A stretch of 64,000 bases of DNA from positions 27,144-91,143 of the forward strand of contig CAJXYM010000004.1 in assembly GCA_913063045.1 (NCBI GenBank), in the 5' to 3' direction. Below the pieces are notes generated by a model. That model saw only the letters and a list, made by a program, of their open reading frames with translations, was not told where the DNA came from and made no database searches. Both the position numbers and the translations under genes were made by a program. This document shows, piece after piece, positions 48,465 to 58,522 of this stretch (position 1 is its first letter; each line of letters begins with the position of its first letter). The stretch comes from an uncultured Flavobacteriales bacterium. GTDB taxonomy: Bacteria; Bacteroidota; Bacteroidia; Flavobacteriales; BACL11.

Positions 48465-49181
48465 ATGAATATTATTCTTAATATATTAAAATGGCTAATT
48501 GTATTAATTGTATTTACTCTATTAGTTTCATTTGCTTCTAAGAAGAGTATTCTTGATAAACTCTATGTTAATCATATTAACATTGAAAGTAATAAAGATA
48601 AATTTTTGAGTGACTCAATAATTTTTAATTATATAAACAATAAGTCTCTTTTAGATATTGACTCATCTTTAAATAATTTTCAATTGATCGAATTAACTCT
48701 CAAACAGAATCCATATGTTGACAATGCTACCGTTTTTGTTGATTATAATAATGGGGTAAATATAGAGATACAAGCTGTTGATCCTGTTGCAAGAGTTTTT
48801 AATAAAAGTAAAAGCTATTATTTAGATAAAAACAGTAGAGAAATACCTTGCTCTAGTAACTTTACTAAACGAAGTTTAATTATTAATGGAGATGTTGACT
48901 TAGTAGATGTTCAAGAATTGTGTAGTCTGGCTGTTTATATTAAGTCAGATAGTTTATGGAGTGCTCAAATTTCTCAAGTATTTATTGAGAAAAATGCAGA
49001 TATTATTTTAATTCCAAGGGTAGGTGGCCAGAAAATTATTTTTGGTAACGCAAGTTATTTGGAACTAAAATTTAACAAATTGAAATTATTTTATAAGGAT
49101 ATTGTAAGATTTAAAGGATGGTCTTATTACAATATTGTAAACCTTAAGTTTAACAATCAAATAGTTTGTACTAAAAATTAA
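48465..49181 (+). CDS. ftsQ: Cell division protein FtsQ (POTRA domain)
   Basis: 238 aa with an N-terminal TM anchor. Lies between murC and ftsA. Confidence 0.65.
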   Translation: MNIILNILKWLIVLIVFTLLVSFASKKSILDKLYVNHINIESNKDKFLSDSIIFNYINNKSLLDIDSSLNNFQLIELTLKQNPYVDNATVFVDYNNGVNIEIQAVDPVARVFNKSKSYYLDKNSREIPCSSNFTKRSLIINGDVDLVDVQELCSLAVYIKSDSLWSAQISQVFIEKNADIILIPRVGGQKIIFGNASYLELKFNKLKLFYKDIVRFKGWSYYNIVNLKFNNQIVCTKN

Positions 49182-49185
49182 ATGA

Positions 49186-50475
49186 ATGGATAATAATGAA
49201 TTAAATAATAAACAGATAATTGTAGGTTTAGATATTGGAACAACAAAGGTCTCAATTATTGTTGGCGTAAAAAATAAGTTTAATAAAATAGAGATTTTAT
49301 CAACAGGTAAGGCTCCTTCTAATGGAGTTTCTAGAGGAATAGTTGCTAATATTGACAAAACAGTAGAGTCTATTAAATTATCTTTAGAGCAGGCTCAATC
49401 AAAAATTGATTTCACAATTAATGATGTAATTGTCGGTATTGCGGGTCAGCATATTAAAAGTTTACAGCATAGGGGTGAGATAGTTCGAGAAAATATTGAG
49501 ATTGAAATTGGTCAAGCTGATATTGATAAATTAAAAGAAAATATGTTTAAGCTTATTACTATTCCTGGCGAAGAAGTTATTCATGTAATTCCACAAGAGT
49601 ATACTGTCGATGGTGTTGATGGTATTCAGGATCCTAAAGGAATGGCTGGTGTTAAATTAGAAGCTAATTTTCATGTTATAACTGCTCAGGTGGGTGCTGT
49701 TAGGAATATTATGAGATGTGTTGAGAAAGCTGGATTAACACCTAAAGAATTAATATTAGAGCCATTTGCTTCTGCTGTTGCAACTTTAGATAGTGATGAA
49801 TTGAGAGAAGGAGTAGTTTTAATAGATATTGGTGGAGGAACTACTGATGTTGCTATATTTCTTGATAAAATAATTAGACACACAGCGGTTATTCCATTCG
49901 GGGGTAATATAATTACTCAAGATATTAAAACAGGTTTGTCAATTTTAGAAAAACAAGCAGAATTATTGAAAGTTAAATTTGGATCAGCTATGTATACGGA
50001 AGATCAAGAAAATGTAATGATTTCAATTCCAGGATTAAGAGGTCGTGATCCAAAGGAGATTGCACTTAAGAATTTATCTGAAATTATTAAAGCTAGAATG
50101 GAAGAGATAATTGACTTGGTATACCATGAGATAAAAGTTTCAGGTTTCGAAGATAAAATAATGACTGGTATTGTTTTAACTGGTGGTGGTGCTCAGATTA
50201 AGAATTTGCCTCAATTAGTTTCTTTTATTACTGCTAAAGAAACTAGAATTGGTTATCCTAATGAGCACCTAGCTAATGATTCAAAGGATAAGGTGACAAG
50301 TCCAATGTTTTCAACTGGAGTTGGGTTAGTACTAAAAGGTTTTGAAAAATATTATAAAGAAGATAATTCTATAGCTGTTTCAGTAGATGATTCGGATGAG
50401 GGTAACAAAGAAAATCAATCAAAAGGAGGCTTTCTTGAAACAATGAAGAATTTTTTTGATGAAGATATTAATTAA
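49186..50475 (+). CDS. ftsA: Cell division protein FtsA
   Basis: Actin-like ATPase motifs GLDIGTTK and DIGGGTTD. 429 aa. Confidence 0.9.
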   Translation: MDNNELNNKQIIVGLDIGTTKVSIIVGVKNKFNKIEILSTGKAPSNGVSRGIVANIDKTVESIKLSLEQAQSKIDFTINDVIVGIAGQHIKSLQHRGEIVRENIEIEIGQADIDKLKENMFKLITIPGEEVIHVIPQEYTVDGVDGIQDPKGMAGVKLEANFHVITAQVGAVRNIMRCVEKAGLTPKELILEPFASAVATLDSDELREGVVLIDIGGGTTDVAIFLDKIIRHTAVIPFGGNIITQDIKTGLSILEKQAELLKVKFGSAMYTEDQENVMISIPGLRGRDPKEIALKNLSEIIKARMEEIIDLVYHEIKVSGFEDKIMTGIVLTGGGAQIKNLPQLVSFITAKETRIGYPNEHLANDSKDKVTSPMFSTGVGLVLKGFEKYYKEDNSIAVSVDDSDEGNKENQSKGGFLETMKNFFDEDIN

Positions 50476-50493
50476 CATTTAAATAAATAAAAT

Positions 50494-52209
50494 ATGAGTA
50501 CACTAGATACAGATTTTGAATTTCAATTACCAAAACATCAATCTTCACAGATTAAAGTTATAGGAGTAGGTGGTGGTGGAAGTAATGCAGTTAATTATAT
50601 GTATGAACATGGAATTAAAGGAGTTGATTTTGTTATTTGCAATACTGATTTACAAGCTTTAGAAGCTAGTCCAATTCCTACAAAAATCCAACTTGGTAAA
50701 AATCTTACGGAAGGTCTTGGAGCTGGATCAAATCCAGATGTCGGAATGAAAGCTGCTCAAGAAAGTTCAGATAGAATATGTGAGCTCTTAGACGCAAATA
50801 CAAAAATGTTATTTATTACTGCTGGAATGGGAGGTGGTACCGGTACTGGTGCAGCTCCAGTTATAGCCGAGATAGCTAGAGAAAAAGGTATTTTAACAGT
50901 TGCTGTTGTAACTCATCCTTTTACAAATGAAGGTGGCTATAGGAAACAATATGCAAAAGAAGGGTTAAATGAATTGAAAAAACAAGTCGATACACTTTTA
51001 ATAATCAATAATGATAAGCTTATTGAAGTTTACGGTGATTTAACACTTACTCAAGCATTTGGAAAAGCTAATGAAGTACTTAATACAGCAACTAAAGGAA
51101 TAGCTGAGATTATTTCTCAACATTTATTAGTAAACATTGATTTAAATGATGCTAGAAAAGTATTAGAAAATAGTGGTACAGCAGTTATGGGTCAAGCTCA
51201 AGCTACTGGAGAGAATAGAGCTATTGATGCAGTATCCGAAGCTCTTGATTCTCCTTTGTTAAATGATAATGAAATTGTAGGAGCACAGCAGGTTCTTTTA
51301 AGAATAGTTACTGGATCAGGAGATGATGAAATTAAAATGTCAGAATTAGGTAAAATTAAAAATAAAATTCAGCAAGCCGCTGGAAGAGATGTTAATATTA
51401 TTGAAGGTATTGGTATTGACCCGGATTTAGGTAGTGCTGTTAACGTTACAGTAATAGCTACTGGCTTTGAAACTAAAACAGTTAATGAGCCTAAAACATT
51501 TAGTTTAGATTCTAATGATTTTAATAGCTCATCTAATGATAGAATAAATAAGAATTCTAATACGCAACAAACATTATACCTTGATGATGATGACAGAGGC
51601 TTTACTGATTCGAGTAAAAATAGTAGTTTAAATTTAAACACCCCCTTAGCTGATAATAATGTATTAGTTGAAGAAAAAATTATTTTAGATTTAGGGCAAG
51701 AAGTGGAAGAAGAAAAGATTGTTTTAGATTTAGGGCAAGAAGTGGAAGAAGAAAAGATTGTTTTAGATTTAGGGCAAGAAGTGGAAGAAGAAATTGTTTT
51801 AGATTTAGAACAAGAAGTTGAAGAAGAAATTGTTTTAGATTTAAAACAAGACTCCGATGAGAGGCCAGGTGATTTGATTTCAAATATTTTGAGAGATGAA
51901 AATCTGAATTTAGTCCAAGAAGATAATAATTTAGTATTAAATTCTGATATTGAAAAAGTAAAGTCTGACTCTTCTATGATTGTTGAAGCTAGAGAAAGAG
52001 AGAGTAGGTTACGTGAGATTTCTATTAAGTTAAGAACTCCCTCTGGTTTAACTAAATTAGAAAATGAACCTGCCTACAAAAGAAACAACATTACTTTAGA
52101 TGATTCTATTCATTCTTCGAGTGATGAGATTTCTAGGATGTCTATTAATAGTAATGATAATCTTAATAGTTTAAATAATAACTCATTTTTACATGACAAT
52201 GTTGACTAA
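50494..52209 (+). CDS. ftsZ: Cell division protein FtsZ with an unusually long repeat-bearing C-terminal linker
   Basis: Tubulin signature GGGTGTGAAPVIA. 571 aa. C-terminal peptide region ENEPAYKRN...NSFLHDNVD. Confidence 0.95.
   Translation: MSTLDTDFEFQLPKHQSSQIKVIGVGGGGSNAVNYMYEHGIKGVDFVICNTDLQALEASPIPTKIQLGKNLTEGLGAGSNPDVGMKAAQESSDRICELLDANTKMLFITAGMGGGTGTGAAPVIAEIAREKGILTVAVVTHPFTNEGGYRKQYAKEGLNELKKQVDTLLIINNDKLIEVYGDLTLTQAFGKANEVLNTATKGIAEIISQHLLVNIDLNDARKVLENSGTAVMGQAQATGENRAIDAVSEALDSPLLNDNEIVGAQQVLLRIVTGSGDDEIKMSELGKIKNKIQQAAGRDVNIIEGIGIDPDLGSAVNVTVIATGFETKTVNEPKTFSLDSNDFNSSSNDRINKNSNTQQTLYLDDDDRGFTDSSKNSSLNLNTPLADNNVLVEEKIILDLGQEVEEEKIVLDLGQEVEEEKIVLDLGQEVEEEIVLDLEQEVEEEIVLDLKQDSDERPGDLISNILRDENLNLVQEDNNLVLNSDIEKVKSDSSMIVEARERESRLREISIKLRTPSGLTKLENEPAYKRNNITLDDSIHSSSDEISRMSINSNDNLNSLNNNSFLHDNVD
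51670..51852 (+). repeat. In-frame tandem repeat inside ftsZ (five units; periods 39, 39, 36, 36 nt)
   Basis: The GTTTTAGAT core recurs at 51682 (as ATTTTAGAT), 51721, 51760, 51796 and 51832. Units 2 and 3 look identical at the DNA level. Encoded units: EEKIILDLGQEV / EEEKIVLDLGQEV x2 / EEEIVLDLEQEV / EEEIVLDLKQDS. Confidence 0.9.
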
Positions 52210-52230
52210 GATTTTGAGGTTATTATTTTT

Positions 52231-52261
52231 AAAAAAAAACCGGCCTCCAAGCCGGTTTTTT
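52231..52261. terminator. Bidirectional rho-independent terminator between convergent ftsZ and groEL
   Basis: A9-CCGGC-CTCCAA-GCCGG-T6. A GC stem flanked by an A-run and a T-run, so it can function on both strands. Confidence 0.75.
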
Positions 52262-52280
52262 CATTTTTACACAAATAAAC

Positions 52281-53921
<1,641 letters not shown>

Positions 53922-53931
53922 TTATTTATAA

Positions 53932-54213
53932 TTAATTAATGATTGCAAGAATATCAGACTCTTTTACAATTAAATAATTTTGATTTTCATATTTCAGTTC
54001 TGTTCCTGCATATTTTCCATATAACACACTATCTCCTACTTGAACTGTCATTGGGTTTTCTTTAGTTCCTTTTCCTACGGCTAACACATTGCCTTTTTGA
54101 GGTTTTTCCTGAGCTGTGTCCGGAATGATAATTCCTGATGCTGTTTTTGTCTCAGCCTCAGCTTGCTGAATAATTACTCTATCTGCTAAAGGTTGAATGT
54201 TAATTTTTTTCAT
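53932..54213 (-). CDS. groES: Co-chaperonin GroES
   Basis: 93 aa. [11 protein letters not shown]...[10 protein letters not shown] mobile-loop pattern. Confidence 0.95.
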   Translation of the reverse strand: MKKINIQPLADRVIIQQAEAETKTASGIIIPDTAQEKPQKGNVLAVGKGTKENPMTVQVGDSVLYGKYAGTELKYENQNYLIVKESDILAIIN

Positions 54214-54287
54214 GATTTAATTTAATTATTAAGTATTTAAACATTGAAAAATGTGAATGCTTTTTAAATGTAAAATTTTAAGAAAAA

Positions 54288-54602
54288 CTACTCTACTGGA
54301 TTACTAGGTAAGTTTGGAATAACTACTTCATCAATTTGTTCTTGAGCTTTAATTTCTTGAACATCATCTAGGTTGTTTCTTGGAATAGCAAAATTAGAAA
54401 GCAAGCTAAGAGAAATTAATGCAATAGCTAACGTCCATGTTGCTTTTTCAAGAAAATCTGTAGTTTTTTTTGCTCCCATAATTTGATTTCCACTTCCACC
54501 AAAAGATGAAGAAAGTCCTCCTCCTTTAGGGTTTTGTACTAAAACTACTAGCACTAATAGGATAGATGTTATTATAATAAGTATTGCAAAAATTGTATAC
54601 AT
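54288..54602 (-). CDS. secG: Preprotein translocase subunit SecG
   Basis: 104 aa. N-terminal TM followed by VLVQNPKGGGLSSSFGG, typical of SecG. Confidence 0.85.
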   Translation of the reverse strand: MYTIFAILIIITSILLVLVVLVQNPKGGGLSSSFGGSGNQIMGAKKTTDFLEKATWTLAIALISLSLLSNFAIPRNNLDDVQEIKAQEQIDEVVIPNLPSNPVE

Positions 54603-54603
54603 T

Positions 54604-55248
54604 TTATTTATTTTTTAATTCTATGATTAATTTAATTTGTTCTGCAAATAAAGTACTTTTTTGTGGAAATTTCAATTTTAATTTTTCATATGCATTAATT
54701 GCCTTATTAAAATGTTCTTGTTCTAGATATACTCTTGCTAATGTTTCTGTAATAAGATCAGTATTTTCTTTTAAACTACTTTTAGCAATATCTACAGATT
54801 TAAAAAACTTTTTATCTTTTTTTATTTTCACTGATGGTTTTAGACTAATGAAGTTTTTAATCAATTTATCATCTTCACTTGTAAGCCTATTAATTTTAGA
54901 TGCCTTTGTTATTGTTAACCATTCATTAAATGAATGCATTTCATTTTGTGAGAATTCTAAGCTTTGTTTATTAGCATAGTTTTTTTTCTTTTCCTGATTA
55001 TTTTGTAAATTACTTTTATCTGATATAATCTTAAATAGAATTTTTCTATTAGAGGAATAAGCTGCAGCTTTTTTAATTTTTGAATTAAAGCGCACACTAT
55101 TAATGTTATTCAATCCCTTGCTCAATAGAATGTGTGCTGTCTGAAAATACGGGTATTTTTTCACTAACTGACTTAAATCTGACACCAAATTATCATCAAT
55201 AAGATTCGGGTTTTTTACCGCTTTCTCTATTATTTTTGAATTTACCAA
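54604..55248 (-). CDS. Hypothetical protein with a TPR-like C-terminus
   Basis: 214 aa. C-terminal LARVYLEQEHFNKAINAYEKLKLKFPQ resembles a TPR unit. No recognised function. Confidence 0.45.
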   Translation of the reverse strand: MVNSKIIEKAVKNPNLIDDNLVSDLSQLVKKYPYFQTAHILLSKGLNNINSVRFNSKIKKAAAYSSNRKILFKIISDKSNLQNNQEKKKNYANKQSLEFSQNEMHSFNEWLTITKASKINRLTSEDDKLIKNFISLKPSVKIKKDKKFFKSVDIAKSSLKENTDLITETLARVYLEQEHFNKAINAYEKLKLKFPQKSTLFAEQIKLIIELKNK

Positions 55249-55745
55249 TTTACCACAGATTTATTAAATATGTCCTCAACAAGTTGTTTACTAATTTCTT
55301 CTATTAGATCATCTTCAATATCTATCAAGTTTGTTTCGCTTGAGAAGTCTTGATATCTTATAAAATTTTGTTCAAAGTTATTTGATGCTTGAAATTTATT
55401 CTTAAAAACAATTTTTACTTCAATTTTTAATCTGTTTTGTCCTGCAGTTTGATTAGAATTAATTGCCATTGGCTTTATTTCATACTTAGTAATATTCCCG
55501 CTAAAAAACAAATCACCATCTTCCTCTACAAAAGTAAGATTTGTTCTTTGTACAAAAAAATCTTTTAATTTTTCAGTCATTACTTGACTTAATGTTGGCT
55601 GCTTATTAAGCGCAATATTTTTTAGAGATTTAATTGTAATTGTTTGCGCATCTTTAGGAATTGATGATCCGCTAAAAGTATATATTCCACACGATGATAA
55701 GATTAGGAATATTACAAAATAAGTATAATTAACTTTGATCATCAT
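55242..55745 (-). CDS. LptE-like lipoprotein
   Basis: Signal peptide plus lipobox (FLILSSCG). 167 aa. Size and context (next to secG and the sigma-54 activator) fit the Bacteroidetes LptE family. Assigned from memory of conserved synteny. Confidence 0.5.
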   Translation of the reverse strand: MMIKVNYTYFVIFLILSSCGIYTFSGSSIPKDAQTITIKSLKNIALNKQPTLSQVMTEKLKDFFVQRTNLTFVEEDGDLFFSGNITKYEIKPMAINSNQTAGQNRLKIEVKIVFKNKFQASNNFEQNFIRYQDFSSETNLIDIEDDLIEEISKQLVEDIFNKSVVNW

Positions 55746-56923
55746 TAAATTTCAAATTCTTTAATTTTCCTGTAAAGAGTTCGTTCAGAAATCCCTAACT
55801 CAGAAGCTGCATCTTTTCTTCTGTCTTTGTGCTTATTCAGTGCTTTTATTATTAATTTCTTTTCTTGTTGCATAAGCGATAAATTTTCTTCAATCTCAAT
55901 AATATTACCATCTGATTCTTTTATTTCTTTAGATTCTTTTTCTAGATTACTTACATCTTTAAATATATTTTTAGATTCTTCTGGATCTACTACAGAACTA
56001 TTGCTTTTATTTATTAAATTATAAGTTATTTTTTTGAGATCGGTTAAATCTTTTTTCATGTCAAAAAGTACCTTATATAAAATTTCTCTTTCTGAGAGAT
56101 CTGCCTTTTCTTTATCATTATAAAGCATCGGAGTATTGCTCATGCTATTTGGAAGATATAATTCTAGTGAATCACTTGAGATAGTTCTTTCTTTTTCCAT
56201 AACTGAAATTTGAGCAACAAAATTTTTTAGTTGCCTTATATTTCCAGGCCAACGATATTTTTTTAAAAGTTCCACTGCCTTTTCTTTTAATTGAATTGGT
56301 GGTGTATTATATTTTTCAGCAAAATCATTCGCAAATTTTCTAAATAAAAGGTGTATATCTTCTTGTCGTTTTCTTAATGGCGGAAGTTGTATGCTAATTG
56401 TGTTTAGTCGATAATATAAATCTTCTCTAAATTTGCCTTTTTTTATATGCTCCTGCATATTTACATTTGTTGCAGCGATAATTCTAACATCTGTTTTTTG
56501 TGTTTTTGATGATCCTACTTTAATAAATTCACCATTTTCTAAAACTCGTAGTAATCGAGCTTGAGAGGCAAGTGGCAGCTCAGCTATTTCATCAAGAAAT
56601 ATTGTTCCATTATTTGCAGATTCAAAATAACCTTTTCTAACTTCATTGGCCCCTGTAAATGATCCTTTTTCATGACCAAAAAGTTCGCTATCTATAGTTC
56701 CCTCAGGAATTGCGCCACAATTTACAGCAATAAAATTATTGTGTTTTCTTCTACTGTTATGATGAATAATTTGAGGAATAGATTCTTTTCCCGTTCCACT
56801 TTCTCCATAAATTAATACAGAAATATCTGTCTGAGCAACTTGTAGAGCAACTTGAATTGCTCTTTCAAGTTGATTATCGTTTCCAATAATTCCGAATCGT
56901 TGTTTTGCTTGCTTAAGTTCCAT
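55745..56923 (-). CDS. Sigma-54-dependent transcriptional activator (AAA+ core plus Fis-type HTH, no N-terminal sensor/receiver domain)
   Basis: Walker A GESGTGKE, ESELFGHEKGSFTGA (GAFTGA-type loop), Walker B FLDEI, C-terminal HTH AASELGISERTLYRKIKEF. The AAA+ domain starts about 10 residues from the N-terminus. Confidence 0.85.
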   Translation of the reverse strand: MELKQAKQRFGIIGNDNQLERAIQVALQVAQTDISVLIYGESGTGKESIPQIIHHNSRRKHNNFIAVNCGAIPEGTIDSELFGHEKGSFTGANEVRKGYFESANNGTIFLDEIAELPLASQARLLRVLENGEFIKVGSSKTQKTDVRIIAATNVNMQEHIKKGKFREDLYYRLNTISIQLPPLRKRQEDIHLLFRKFANDFAEKYNTPPIQLKEKAVELLKKYRWPGNIRQLKNFVAQISVMEKERTISSDSLELYLPNSMSNTPMLYNDKEKADLSEREILYKVLFDMKKDLTDLKKITYNLINKSNSSVVDPEESKNIFKDVSNLEKESKEIKESDGNIIEIEENLSLMQQEKKLIIKALNKHKDRRKDAASELGISERTLYRKIKEFEI

Positions 56924-56924
56924 T

Positions 56925-58373
56925 TTAAAGTGCCTCTCCTTTTAAAGTTCCAGCTGTACATGCAATGATTTTTACATTTACATATTGACCAACTTTTAAG
57001 TCATTTTTCTTAAATACCACAACACAGTTGTGGGTTGTTCTTCCATAAAAATGTAAAGTAGATTTTTTAGATGTACCTTCAATTAAAACTTCGTAACTAT
57101 TATTTATTTTTTCTCTATTATTTTCAAGTGACTGTGCTTGTTGTTTTGCAATAATCTCAACTAATCTTCTTTGCTTAATTTCTTCAGGGATATCGTCTTT
57201 AAATTTTCTTGAAGCTGCTGTATTTGGTCGCTCCGAGTATTTAAACATATATCCATAATCATACTTTACATAATCCATGAGGCTAAGAGTTTCTCTGTGG
57301 TCTTGTTCTGTTTCACCGCAAAAACCAGCAATGATATCCATTGAAATTGTACAATTAGGTATCCTTTTTTTTATCTTATCAATAAGTGTCAAGTATTCTT
57401 GTCTATTATATCCTCTATTCATAAGATCTAATACTCTACTACTTCCTGACTGAACAGGGAGATGAATAGAGTCACAAATATTTTTATGTTTTGCCATTGC
57501 CTCTATCACTCCATCACTCATATCTTGTGGGTTAGAAGTTGAAAACCTTATTCTTAATTTTATATTCACTAAAGCGACTTTTTCAAGAAGTTGAGAAAAA
57601 TTTATTGCATTATTCTTTTGATCTTCACTAGCTTTTTTAAAACTTTTTTTGGGTCCTCCTCCATACCATAAATATGAATCAACATTTTGTCCTAAAAGTG
57701 TCACTTCTCTGTAGCCATCTTTATATAATTGTTTACATTCCTCAATAATACTTTCAGGATTTCTACTTCTTTCCCTTCCTCTTGTGTAAGGAACAACACA
57801 AAAGGTACACGTGTTATCACAACCTCTGGTTATTGAAACAAAAGCAGTTACCCCATTGCTACCTAGCCTTAATGGGCTTATATCGGCATATGTTTCTTCT
57901 TTTGATAATATAACATTAACTGCTCTTTTGCCATCATCAACTTGCTTTATTAGATTAGGTAGATCTCTGTAAGCATCCGGACCCACAACAAGATCAACTA
58001 ATTTCTCCTCTTCTAAGAATTTTTCTTTTAATCTTTCAGCCATACATCCTAAAACACCTACAACCATTTTTGGGTTAGTTGTTTTTTTCACTGAATTGTA
58101 CAACTGAAGTCTTTTTCTAACTGTTTGTTCCGCCTTATCTCTTATTGAGCATGTGTTGACAAATACAAGGTCAGCTTCATGGATGTTTTTAGTAGTAGAA
58201 AAGTTTTCTTTTGAGAGAATCGATGCAACAATTTCACTATCAGCAAAATTCATTTGACAGCCGTAACTTTCTATATAAAGTTTTTTTGATCCAATTTTAT
58301 CATTTGGTATTTCTAAAACATTACCCTGTTTATCTTCTTCAATCTTTTTTGTTAGTAAAGTTTCAATATTCAT
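56925..58373 (-). CDS. miaB: tRNA (N6-isopentenyl adenosine(37)-C2)-methylthiotransferase MiaB
   Basis: N-terminal YGCQMN, radical-SAM CxxxCxxC (CDNTCTFC), TRAM C-terminal domain. I prefer the ATG at 58373 (MNIETLL...) to the track's TTG at 58412. Confidence 0.9.
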   Translation of the reverse strand: MNIETLLTKKIEEDKQGNVLEIPNDKIGSKKLYIESYGCQMNFADSEIVASILSKENFSTTKNIHEADLVFVNTCSIRDKAEQTVRKRLQLYNSVKKTTNPKMVVGVLGCMAERLKEKFLEEEKLVDLVVGPDAYRDLPNLIKQVDDGKRAVNVILSKEETYADISPLRLGSNGVTAFVSITRGCDNTCTFCVVPYTRGRERSRNPESIIEECKQLYKDGYREVTLLGQNVDSYLWYGGGPKKSFKKASEDQKNNAINFSQLLEKVALVNIKLRIRFSTSNPQDMSDGVIEAMAKHKNICDSIHLPVQSGSSRVLDLMNRGYNRQEYLTLIDKIKKRIPNCTISMDIIAGFCGETEQDHRETLSLMDYVKYDYGYMFKYSERPNTAASRKFKDDIPEEIKQRRLVEIIAKQQAQSLENNREKINNSYEVLIEGTSKKSTLHFYGRTTHNCVVVFKKNDLKVGQYVNVKIIACTAGTLKGEAL

Positions 58374-58522
58374 ATATGATATATTTGTGGTAAAAGTAAC
58401 AAAAACTGACAATATGTCATAAATAAAATATCTATATTATATAATAATATAATTAAATTGACATGCAAGTTTTTTATTAAAAATTAAAAAATGTTTCTTT
58501 AATTTGCATAAAAATAATTTAT

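Noticed and set aside
808-50000. Many 60-110 aa ORFs in the track lying antisense to or inside larger genes (for example 808-1092, 3894-4169, 8452-8976, 14285-14575, 30718-30966, 31088-31443, 43590-43925, 49086-49358).
   Set aside because: Each is fully nested in a well-supported conserved gene on the other strand or frame. Their compositions are low-complexity Ile/Leu/Phe/Ser-rich, as expected from AT-rich antisense sequence.
51677-51883. Regularly spaced 36-39 nt repeats that could superficially resemble a mini CRISPR array, plus a 67-aa antisense ORF across them.
   Set aside because: The repeats are directly adjacent with no unique spacers. They are in frame within ftsZ and encode a sensible acidic module. 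There are no cas genes in the window. The antisense ORF is a by-product of the repeat.
54241-54254. Palindrome ACATT-gaaa-AATGT upstream of groES, considered as a heat-shock operator.
   Set aside because: It is not CIRCE (TTAGCACTC-N9-GAGTGCTAA); only 5-bp AT-rich arms are present. No hrcA is visible. It is too short to separate from chance without comparative data.
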